64,000 bases of DNA, from contig JASDVF010000050.1 in assembly GCA_041440805.1 (NCBI GenBank), forward strand, positions 77,012-141,011, in the 5' to 3' direction. The DNA is from Myxococcota bacterium (GTDB lineage: Bacteria > Myxococcota_A > UBA9160 > UBA4427). The notes under the pieces were generated by a model. The model saw only the letters and a program-made list of their open reading frames with translations, was not told the DNA's origin and ran no database searches. The translations under genes were made by a program, and so were the position numbers. This document shows, in pieces, positions 26,854 to 35,240 of this stretch (position 1 is its first letter; each line of letters opens with the position of its first letter).

Positions 26854-28191
26854 ATGAGCCTGGCCGATGTCGGTGGTACCCGGGAAGATCTTCTCGGAAC
26901 CGCAATTAGCTCAGTCGGAAATTCACAGGGAACCCCCTTTCGAATTCCCGCGGACCGCTATCGCAGCGAAGCCTTCGCCGAACGCGAACACGAGCATGTA
27001 TGGCAGAAAGCGTGGGTCGTCGCGTGCAGCATCGACCATGTCGCTGCGCCCGGCGATCTCTATGAAGTGCGGATCGGCCGCTATTCAGTGCTCGTCGTGC
27101 GCGGGCGCGACGGAGAGCTGCGTGCGTTCCAAAACGCCTGTAAACACCGCGGAATAGCGCTCTGCAGCGGATCGGCTCAGGGACTTAAACATCTCCGATG
27201 TCCCTATCACGGCTGGATGTACGATTTACGGGGCCAGCTCACGGGGATGCCCTCACATAAGGGCCTTGGCAAGAACGTCGACAAATCCGAGCTCGGCCTC
27301 ACCCCCGTCCAAGTCGACACCTGGGGACCGATCGTCTTCGTGAACCTCGATCCCGAAGCGATGCCCCTCTCCGAATTTCTAGAAGTGGTTCCGGAAGATG
27401 CGAAGGCTCTGCAAGTCGACGACTTTCGATGTTATGCAAAGATCCGAACTGAGATGCCGGCCAATTGGAAACTCGTCGCCGACAGTTTCTCTGAGACCTA
27501 CCACGTCCAGACCTTGCATCGCGAAATGCTCGGATCGATTGATGACATCAACTCGGGCCAGGAAATATGGGGTCGTACCGGCGTCTCCCGACAGCTCTAC
27601 GGTGTTGCCAGCCCGCGTCTCATTAAGAGTGACAATCAACTGATCTGGGACTCGTTCATAGTCACCCAGGGTGAGCGAATGGGGATTACGGAAAGTTGCC
27701 CGGCGCCTATGCCCGCCGAAGGCGAGACCATGGTCGACGTGATCGGCGAACGAATTCGCGCCTACCAAAAGGATGAGAAGGGAATCGATCTCTCGGGCTT
27801 CAGCAACCATGAGATGTTGCTCCTTCATCAATACAACATCTTCCCGAACCTCACGGTGCTCATCTCCGCAGACCTACTCCAAGTGTTATCCGCACGCCCC
27901 GGCGCGACCGCTGACACTTCGGAGTTGATCGGGATGAGTTTCGAGAGAGAGATCAAAGATGTTCCAAGGGCGAGACCCTTCGATCTCGATATGCCTGCGG
28001 ATCAAGCTGGCTTTGGCTTCGTACTCAACCAGGACGTCGACATCCTTAAAAATGCACAGCGCGGCGTAAATCAGCCGGGCCTCACACATATCAACTTGTC
28101 ATGCGAAGAAGCGCGTGTCGTGAATACCCACAGAAATCTCGAGCACTACCTAGGAATCGAGCCCAGCGAAATAACTGGCGGACCCGCCTAA
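26854..28191 (+). CDS. Rieske [2Fe-2S] aromatic-ring-hydroxylating oxygenase, alpha subunit
   Basis: Rieske motif CKHRGIALC...CPYHGW. The C-terminal catalytic domain has ETYHVQTLH. Confidence 0.85.
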   Translation: MSLADVGGTREDLLGTAISSVGNSQGTPFRIPADRYRSEAFAEREHEHVWQKAWVVACSIDHVAAPGDLYEVRIGRYSVLVVRGRDGELRAFQNACKHRGIALCSGSAQGLKHLRCPYHGWMYDLRGQLTGMPSHKGLGKNVDKSELGLTPVQVDTWGPIVFVNLDPEAMPLSEFLEVVPEDAKALQVDDFRCYAKIRTEMPANWKLVADSFSETYHVQTLHREMLGSIDDINSGQEIWGRTGVSRQLYGVASPRLIKSDNQLIWDSFIVTQGERMGITESCPAPMPAEGETMVDVIGERIRAYQKDEKGIDLSGFSNHEMLLLHQYNIFPNLTVLISADLLQVLSARPGATADTSELIGMSFEREIKDVPRARPFDLDMPADQAGFGFVLNQDVDILKNAQRGVNQPGLTHINLSCEEARVVNTHRNLEHYLGIEPSEITGGPA

Positions 28192-28216
28192 CATGGTCGA
28201 GTGAGAGGGAAACGGA

Positions 28217-29143
28217 ATGATCGAGATAGAGCCCCTCACGAACGGCATCGCCGCTCGGGTACATGGCATTGACCTGGCCTCGGAGCTAGCGGGCAGCCTC
28301 GAGAAGCAAGCCGGCGCACAGATCGAGGCTGCGTGGCAACAACATCCGATCCTCGTCTTCGGGGATCAAAATGCACTCACCACGGAAGCCCAGGTCGCGT
28401 TCGTCGAGGGTTTTGCGAAGGTGATCGAAGAGCGCCTCCCCGGGGACCAGCATTCCTTCGTGTCGAATCAAGATGGCCACGGTCTCGATAACATGACCGA
28501 GGGCTACCGCGAGGGCCCTCTCACGCCGCATATGGACTACACCTACACGCCCTTTCCGGCAGACGTGATTTCGCTCTTCGCCGTCGACGTCCCCGAGAAC
28601 GGAACGGCGACGCGTTTCTATGACAACGCCCGGCCTCTCAAAGTAATGCCGCGGGCACTCAGGGCTCAGATCGAGGCCTACACGATCTTTTGCGCCCATG
28701 ATCTGGCCGCCATGAAACCCGACGCTCGCCCGGCCTTCGAAGGCCGAACGAATCCGGCGGCGCCAACGCAAAGCCACATCTGGCCGATGGTCCGCTCACA
28801 CCCGAAGCGCCGCGACTACGAGACCCTTGTGTGCACGCTGCAACAGACAGAACGCATCATGGAACTCTCGGACGAAGAGCGCGGCGATCCGAAAAGTCGG
28901 GCGATGCTCACGAGAATCTTCGACGAATATTTGTATGTCCCTGAGAACGAATACGTCCACCAATGGGAAGTGGGCGACTTGGTTGTATGGGACAACCTCG
29001 GCGTCCAGCACGCGCGCGACGCATGTCCTCCGTCCGAAGGCGCACGAAATTTCAGGCGCGTCGCGGGCTGCGATGCCGGAAATGCAATCGAAGATACGGT
29101 TGCATTTCTCGGCCTCGCAGCCGCGTCCGACGCGTTCTCTTAG
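28217..29143 (+). CDS. TauD/TfdA-family Fe(II)/2-oxoglutarate dioxygenase
   Basis: TauD-like layout with HMDYTY (HxD) and a distal His region (VVWDNLGVQHAR). Confidence 0.8.
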   Translation: MIEIEPLTNGIAARVHGIDLASELAGSLEKQAGAQIEAAWQQHPILVFGDQNALTTEAQVAFVEGFAKVIEERLPGDQHSFVSNQDGHGLDNMTEGYREGPLTPHMDYTYTPFPADVISLFAVDVPENGTATRFYDNARPLKVMPRALRAQIEAYTIFCAHDLAAMKPDARPAFEGRTNPAAPTQSHIWPMVRSHPKRRDYETLVCTLQQTERIMELSDEERGDPKSRAMLTRIFDEYLYVPENEYVHQWEVGDLVVWDNLGVQHARDACPPSEGARNFRRVAGCDAGNAIEDTVAFLGLAAASDAFS

Positions 29144-29197
29144 CAGTACAGGGGCGGTACGAGCGTAGTGCTCGGCAACCGCGTACCTGTTAGGCTG

Positions 29198-29644
29198 CTA
29201 TTCGACAGGCTCGAGGACCACGACGGGGATCACCCGATCCCCCGCGCTCACCTTGTAAGCCGCGTAGGGCGGATAGATTTCTTGGAGTTCTGCCCAAAGT
29301 CGTTCGCGCTCGTCGCCCTCGGCGATTCGCGCACGAGCAGAGACGGGCTTCGCCCCAACCATCAATTCGCAAGCGGGATTCGCTTCGAGGTTTAGGAACC
29401 AGATCGGGTGGTTCGGCATGCCGCCCTTCGAGGCGATGATCACGTAATTGCCGTCGATCGCTTTGTAGATCAACGGAATCGACCGCGGCTCGCCACTCTT
29501 CCGTCCGGTTGTGGTGATCAGAAGCGTGGGCAGCATTCCCTCGCCCCCGGCCTCCGCCGAATCCCACATATGCGCCTTTTCCGGGTCTGTGCGATAGAGC
29601 TCGATGTGCTTTGCGATCCAAGGTACTTCGGCGAAAGTGGCCAT
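29198..29644 (-). CDS. Nitroreductase-family deazaflavin (F420)-dependent oxidoreductase (DUF385)
   Basis: LLITTTGRKSGEPRSIPLIY..GNYVIIASKGGMPNHPIWFLNLEANP is the family signature as I remember it. Confidence 0.8.
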   Translation of the reverse strand: MATFAEVPWIAKHIELYRTDPEKAHMWDSAEAGGEGMLPTLLITTTGRKSGEPRSIPLIYKAIDGNYVIIASKGGMPNHPIWFLNLEANPACELMVGAKPVSARARIAEGDERERLWAELQEIYPPYAAYKVSAGDRVIPVVVLEPVE

Positions 29645-29962
29645 TTTGTCGGGGTCCTTTTGGGATTGATGAGAGGGTTAGCTGGGCGCCTAGGTTCGCC
29701 GGCCCAGAGCGATCGCGCCAGCCTTGAGAATCGCTTCGCGAAGGGCTCCGAAGGGCGCATTTTCCCGTCCTGCGAATGACGACAATCGGAGCTGACTAAG
29801 TGCTCTGAATTTGACACAATCGGCTCAGCCGATTGCGGTTCAGCCCCGGCAGCCCCATCCCAAATGCCGGCGCGTCGGGTGCATCCGAGAGCACCCACCA
29901 TCATTCGAAGGAACTCTTCGAACTCAACCGCAAGCGCATACTTACGAAACGAAAGGCATTTC

Positions 29963-31168
29963 ATGAGCGATCCGATCATCGTCATTTCCTCCGACACCCA
30001 CGCCGGCAACTCCGTCGAGGGCTACCGCGAATACCTCGACACAAAACATCAGGCGCTCTTCGACGAATGGCGCGGTTCGTACAAGAACCCGCAGAAGAAG
30101 CACATAGGATCCAAGAAGCACAAGAACTGGGACGATGCCGAGCGCATGGGCGACATGCAGACCGAAGGCGTCGTCGGCGAGATCGTCTTCCCGAATACGG
30201 TTCCGCCCTTCTTCCGCTCGAGCGTGCTCATCTGCGGCAACCCCCGCCCCGAAGACTATTTGATGCGCCTCGAAGGTATTCGCGCGCATAACAGATGGCT
30301 CAGCGAATGGTGCGGCGAATTCCCAGCCCAGCGCGCCGGCATCGGCCTCGTCTATCTGAACGACATCGACGAAGCGATTAAAGACATCGAGTGGATCGCC
30401 AAGAACAACTTGCGCGGCGGTGTCCTGCTCCCGCACGTTCCCGACGACTGCACGGGCTACATCAAGCCGCTCTATCACCCCGACTACGACCCTATGTGGG
30501 CACTTCTCGAAGAGACGGGCCTCGTCGTGAATCACCACGGCGGCACGGGCTCCCCAGACTACGGACGCCTCCCCGTCTCCCTTCCGATTCGACTGATCGA
30601 AACCGGCTTCTTCTCAACCCGAAGCTATAGCCAGCTACTTCTGTCCGGCGTCTTCCACCGCTTCCCGAAGCTCAAGTACATCATCACCGAGTCCGGATGC
30701 GCCTGGGTACCGGAAACCCTGCAGCGCCTCGACATGGCCTGGAAGCGCATCTCTTCAGGCGCGGTCGGCGAGTTCCAGTTCGCGGAGGGTGTCACGACGC
30801 CCGAGCCGCCGAGCTTCTACGCAAAGCAGAACTGCTACTACGGTGCGAGTTCGGCCTCCCCGCCGGAGCTCAAGGATCGCGACGTGATCGGCACAGAGCG
30901 TATTCTCTGGGGCAGCGATTATCCCCACTACGAAGGCACCTACCCCGATACCCGCTTGGCGTTGCGGCACACGTTCAACACGTGCGGCGAGGACGATACG
31001 CGGGCGATGCTCGGGCTGAATGCCGCCAAGCTCTACGATTTCGATCTCGAAGCCCTCAAGCCAATCTCGGATAAGTGCGGACCGACTTGGGACGAACTGA
31101 GCGTGCCGCTCGCGCCCGAAGAGTTTCCCACGGACACCCACACGAACGCGTTCCGCACACTCGACTGA
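29963..31168 (+). CDS. Amidohydrolase-2 (ACMSD-like metal-dependent hydrolase/decarboxylase)
   Basis: VISSDTHAG metal motif near the N-terminus and ILWGSDYPHYEG near the C-terminus. Start at ATG 29963. Confidence 0.85.
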   Translation: MSDPIIVISSDTHAGNSVEGYREYLDTKHQALFDEWRGSYKNPQKKHIGSKKHKNWDDAERMGDMQTEGVVGEIVFPNTVPPFFRSSVLICGNPRPEDYLMRLEGIRAHNRWLSEWCGEFPAQRAGIGLVYLNDIDEAIKDIEWIAKNNLRGGVLLPHVPDDCTGYIKPLYHPDYDPMWALLEETGLVVNHHGGTGSPDYGRLPVSLPIRLIETGFFSTRSYSQLLLSGVFHRFPKLKYIITESGCAWVPETLQRLDMAWKRISSGAVGEFQFAEGVTTPEPPSFYAKQNCYYGASSASPPELKDRDVIGTERILWGSDYPHYEGTYPDTRLALRHTFNTCGEDDTRAMLGLNAAKLYDFDLEALKPISDKCGPTWDELSVPLAPEEFPTDTHTNAFRTLD

Positions 31169-31293
31169 GGTCTCTCGCCTCTTTTTTTAGGGGCGGTGCC
31201 TCAACTGAGGACGCACAGTAGTAAAATGTTAGGCGGTCGCGTCGACGTGAATGCACGTCGGCGCGCATGCACATAGTCGACCAAGGAGATGGC

Positions 31294-32415
31294 ATGGCCG
31301 ATTCGGGCGAAATCGAATGTGAAGACGATGTTTGCGCCCTTCCGGGTGCGACCCTCGAATCCTTCGAATCGGCGCGGGTCTCGCCGGACGTTAAAATTCC
31401 CGAAGGTGATTTCGAGGCGTGGATGGATCTCGCCGACACACGCGGCTGGGGGGACGGCCTTCCGCTCGTGCCTCCGACCGAGGCTCGGGTCGAAGCCTTC
31501 CTCGAAAAGCTGCCCCGTCAGATTGATCCTGATGCAGTCGTCGCAGTCCTGCCGCCCCGCGGCGGACTCGTCACGCGACGACTCCTCGCAGTCAACGCCG
31601 TAATGGCTGGCTGTCGCCCCAACATGCTCCCAGTTCTCACGACCGCCGTCCGCGGACTCGCCTTCCCGGAAATCAATCTTCGCGGCATCAACGCGACGAC
31701 TCATCCGGTGGCTCCCCTCATCCTGGTTCATGGCGCCGCGACGGACGAGCTCGGCTTCAATGCCGGGCTAGGCGCCTTCGGCCCCGGCTGTCGCGCGAAT
31801 GCCTCCGTCGGCCGAGCTCTTAGACTCGTCCTCATGAACATCGCGGGCGCGCGCCCAGGAGCCGGCGATGCCGCAACTCAAGGACAGCCCTCGAAATACA
31901 GCTACTGCGCCGCCGAGAATTGCGCCGAGAGCCCCTGGGAAAGCTATCCGGAAAGCCTCGGCCTTCGAGCCCCGAGCGCTGTCACCGTCGCTTGCGGTGA
32001 GAATCCGCATAACGTCCAGGATCACGATGTTCGCTCGCCAATTCATACGCTCGAGCAAATCGCGAGCACGATGCTGACCCTGGGCTCGAATAACGCTCCG
32101 GTCTCGAGTGCCGAATGGTTCGTTTTTCTCGGCCCCGAGCACGCCGAGGCAATCGCAGCCGACGGCTTTTCACGAAAAGACGTGCAGGATTTCCTCTTCG
32201 AAAATGCGCGGCTTCCCATGTCGCGATTCCGGCGCGCCTTCGAAGTCACTCAATACGCTGAATGGGAAGACGCGCTCCCGGATGACGGTATGAAGCCGAT
32301 CATGCGCGATCGCGACCTCATCAAAGTGATGGTCGTAGGCGGCGCTGGAAAACACTCTTGCGTAGTGCCGAGCTGGGGCATGACCGAAAGCGCCACACTG
32401 CCCCTAGAGCCCTAA
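31294..32415 (+). CDS. Uncharacterised conserved protein, partner of UGSC selenoprotein (copy 2)
   Basis: 373 codons from ATG 31294, with AAGGAG 6 nt upstream. Paralog of 7943-8944 (GWGDGLPLVPPTEARVEAFL, AVNAVMAGCRP, GPGCRANASVGRALRLV, GPEHA). Confidence 0.7.
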   Translation: MADSGEIECEDDVCALPGATLESFESARVSPDVKIPEGDFEAWMDLADTRGWGDGLPLVPPTEARVEAFLEKLPRQIDPDAVVAVLPPRGGLVTRRLLAVNAVMAGCRPNMLPVLTTAVRGLAFPEINLRGINATTHPVAPLILVHGAATDELGFNAGLGAFGPGCRANASVGRALRLVLMNIAGARPGAGDAATQGQPSKYSYCAAENCAESPWESYPESLGLRAPSAVTVACGENPHNVQDHDVRSPIHTLEQIASTMLTLGSNNAPVSSAEWFVFLGPEHAEAIAADGFSRKDVQDFLFENARLPMSRFRRAFEVTQYAEWEDALPDDGMKPIMRDRDLIKVMVVGGAGKHSCVVPSWGMTESATLPLEP

Positions 32416-32483
32416 AAGGGCGCTACATCCTCCCCGTCCCGGGCACCGGCACCCGGCGCGTGGGCGAAGAAAGAGACCAAAGC

Positions 32484-33011
32484 ATGTCGTCGACCTTGAT
32501 CTACTCTCCCGAGGGACATACGGACGCACTCCTCGAACGCACACCGCGAACCTCTATCAAAAAGCTCGCAGGTCTTCGCATTGGCGTCCTCGACAACGGC
32601 AAGGCAGGCGCGGATCACCTGCTAGGCAGGATGGGCGCAGAGCTCGCAAAGAAGACCGGTGGAATTTACGTTGGCTGCTTCCGCAAGCAGACCGCCGCCA
32701 CGCCCTGTGAGACCGAGCTGATCGATCGCCTCGCCAAGGAAGTCGAGGTCGTCCTCACGGGTACCGCTGATTGAGGGAGCTGCACGTCGTGGAGTCTCCA
32801 CGACACGAAATCCCTTGAAGCCCGAGGCGTCGCCACGGTCGTCGTCGCGAGCGAAGCCTTTCGCGATCTCGCAGATCAGATGGCGAGGGAGCTACTCTTT
32901 CCTGATGCGCGCCGAATCATCGTCCCGCACCCGATCGGCGGCACACCCGGCGCAACCCTGGATGCATGGGCAGACGCGGCACTGGACGCGATCCTCGAAC
33001 AGCTCCGTTAG
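32484..33011 (+). CDS. UGSC-motif selenoprotein (copy 2); TGA 32772-32774 read as selenocysteine (residue 97 of 175)
   Basis: ORF 32358-32774 ends ..LTGTAD at the TGA. The same frame stays open to TAG 33009-33011 and encodes GSCTSWSLHDTKSLEARGVATVVVASEAF...ILEQLR, which is homologous to the C-terminal half of copy 1. That half is absent from the ORF track because it has no Met. A SECIS-like hairpin starts 11 nt after the UGA. Confidence 0.8.
32786..32804 (+). promoter_or_regulatory. SECIS-like recoding hairpin for UGA 32772-32774
   Basis: GUCGUGG-AGUCU-CCACGAC: a perfect 7-bp stem and 5-nt loop containing G-U, with an 11-nt spacer after the UGA. Confidence 0.65.
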
Positions 33012-33096
33012 TTCGCCCTCGCCCAAAACCAAAATCCCTAAGCAGCCCCAAAACTCCCGTGGCAGCGCCCCGGAATGCTCGAAGCCCAAAACGCGA

Positions 33097-33138
33097 AAGG
33101 GCCGCTCTCTCTTACGAGAAAGCGGCCCTTCGATTTTT
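33097..33138. terminator. Rho-independent terminator between convergent genes
   Basis: 10-bp stem AAGGGCCGCT / AGCGGCCCTT (33097-33106 / 33121-33130) followed by CGATTTTT. Confidence 0.6.
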
Positions 33139-33210
33139 GACGGGCTCGGGCTCTATTACAGTTACAGAAGCCGAAAAGGATCCCGTGCCCGTCTGCCGTG
33201 CTAGTCAGGT

Positions 33211-33918
33211 CTAGCGTCGGCGAACCGTGGCCAGGCCAGCGAGACCGAGGCCCATCAGCAGGGCGGTGCCCGGCTCCGGGACGACCGTCAGCGCGAAGGT
33301 GTCGCCGGTTGAGGCGATCTCGTTTCCCTGGAAGTCCAGAGCGAGAACCGAGAACTGCAGGTTCGCGACGGCGCCTTGGTCCGCATACGCGAACACGTTT
33401 TGGAGCGTGATCTGGAAGTGGATGTCGCCACCCGTGACGAGGCTGCCACCGATACCGTAGTCGGTCAGGCCATCGCCATCCGCACCGGAAGGACTAATCC
33501 CGTCGAACATGTTGACGGTGTACGCCTGCGGGTTGAGGTGGTTGATGGAGAAGCGTTCAACCGCATTCGTACCATTGTTATTGTCGATCGAGCCAGAGAT
33601 GATAGTTCCGTCGCTAAGGGGATCAATACCGAGAGACTCTGCGACAACGTTGCTGGCCCCCAGTTGAAGGCCAAAATCGCGGACGCCGGTCGCGTCCGCC
33701 AGGTCCATACCCGTCAAGTCGGCCGAGAGGCCGAAGATCTGGGGCTCCGTTCCGTCGAAGGTCATGCGAAGGTCGAACGTGACCGTGTCGCCGACGGCAA
33801 GAGTGCCACCAGCACCGCCACCGGTTGCCTGGACGACTTCAATGCCTAGAGCGGATGCCATTGACGGTATGGCCAAGAGGGTCGCGGCCAGCGCGAGTGC
33901 CTTGGTGAATCGAATCAT
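33211..33918 (-). CDS. PEP-CTERM sorting-domain secreted protein
   Basis: Signal peptide MIRFTKALALAATLLAIPSMASA and C-terminal VPEPGTALLMGLGLAGLATVRRR (PEP motif, TM helix, Arg cluster). Confidence 0.85.
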   Translation of the reverse strand: MIRFTKALALAATLLAIPSMASALGIEVVQATGGGAGGTLAVGDTVTFDLRMTFDGTEPQIFGLSADLTGMDLADATGVRDFGLQLGASNVVAESLGIDPLSDGTIISGSIDNNNGTNAVERFSINHLNPQAYTVNMFDGISPSGADGDGLTDYGIGGSLVTGGDIHFQITLQNVFAYADQGAVANLQFSVLALDFQGNEIASTGDTFALTVVPEPGTALLMGLGLAGLATVRRR

Positions 33919-35240
33919 TTTAATCTACCTCTACTTCAGTAGTGCCACAGCGAAAATGCCGAGCGTCGCCACCGCTATTGCGAGGCGCAGCACTCCCGAG
34001 TCACCACTACTTGTGGTCCACTCGATTCGTGCCAACTGTCTGATCTGGTAGAGGGAAAAGGCGTCAATCCAAGAACGAACTATGCACAAGGCATGTTGCA
34101 GTCCGTGTTCGAAATTCGTGTTTGCTGACAATGATTCAGACTCAGCTGCGAATCTGAAATACTGCAGCGACTAGAGCGCTTCCCAACGCTCCGCGATTCT
34201 CAAACTTGATTTGGATGATTTGGCTCGAACGAGCCCTGCCTTGCCGATATCCTCCCGTGCGCTCGAAGCTGCTGCCCCGGCGCGCGACCTTCCCAGATCT
34301 TGTTCACCCTACTACGAACAGCCCAATGTGTGGGGGGAAATTATCAGTTGTTTTCGTATAAAGTACAGAACCCCCATCCCCCGGGGCAAAGGGCTCGGGA
34401 TGAGAAGGCTTCAAAAACGTAGTCAGGACGCCATAATTTAGAATTCGAGCGAGCCTGCAGCGGAGCCGGAGGGAATAATGGCCGCTTGGGCTGCGTGCCT
34501 GCAATCGACGGCGAAAAGCGGTAACAGCGCGATCAGTGTGCCCCCCTGCTCAGCATCACTCTGCCGCACAGTGGATTCGACGAAGTCCGCCGGACGTCCC
34601 GTGTTCTCGACTCCGCCGCCCAGAGCCTCTAGCCGCCTGGCGGCGGCGAGCGCTTCGGAAAAGCGGCCAACTGGAGCTCCGACCGGCTCGCAGACCGCCC
34701 GGGCTCACCCGCTGCTCCCCGGTAGAAGGGGCATGTCGCAGTCCAATCATTCGCCTGCATTCTTTTGGCTGCTCGGCCTTCTCCTTGCCTGCTTCGCCGG
34801 CCCCTCCATTGCCTCAGCGGAATCCGCCGCAATAAAGGGCCGAGTAAGTCACCGAGTGGAATTGCCAAGAGCAAGTCTGCACGCGCACGAGCGATTCTGA
34901 AAGCGATAACCGCGTCGTGCTTGAGCATCGCGATGGCAACTTCTCTACTACGCACATCCTCGACACGGCGGTCGAGCCTATATCGGTCAGCCCGTTAAGT
35001 CCGGGGACCTCATTGGGCTCTCTGGCGACACAGGGGTTCCCACTGGCCCGCATCTTCACTTCTCTGTTTATAAAATTAATCGCAAGAACTAGCGAGTGCC
35101 CCTTCCCGTAAGGTTTCCCAATGAAAGCACGAGAGGCTTCACCCCTATCGCAGGGCTCGTCTATAAACCGAGATGCCCTCACAGCGGAAGCAGCATGTGT
35201 ATGGCCGGATAGATCGCATTCGTCGAGAGACTTCTCAGCC

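Noticed and set aside
32815-33204. Listed 129-aa plus-strand ORF downstream of the TGA at 32772
   Set aside because: It is out of frame with the selenoprotein reading frame, Ser/Arg/Pro-rich, runs through the terminator hairpin, and has no homolog-like features. The in-frame continuation after the UGA aligns with copy 1 instead.
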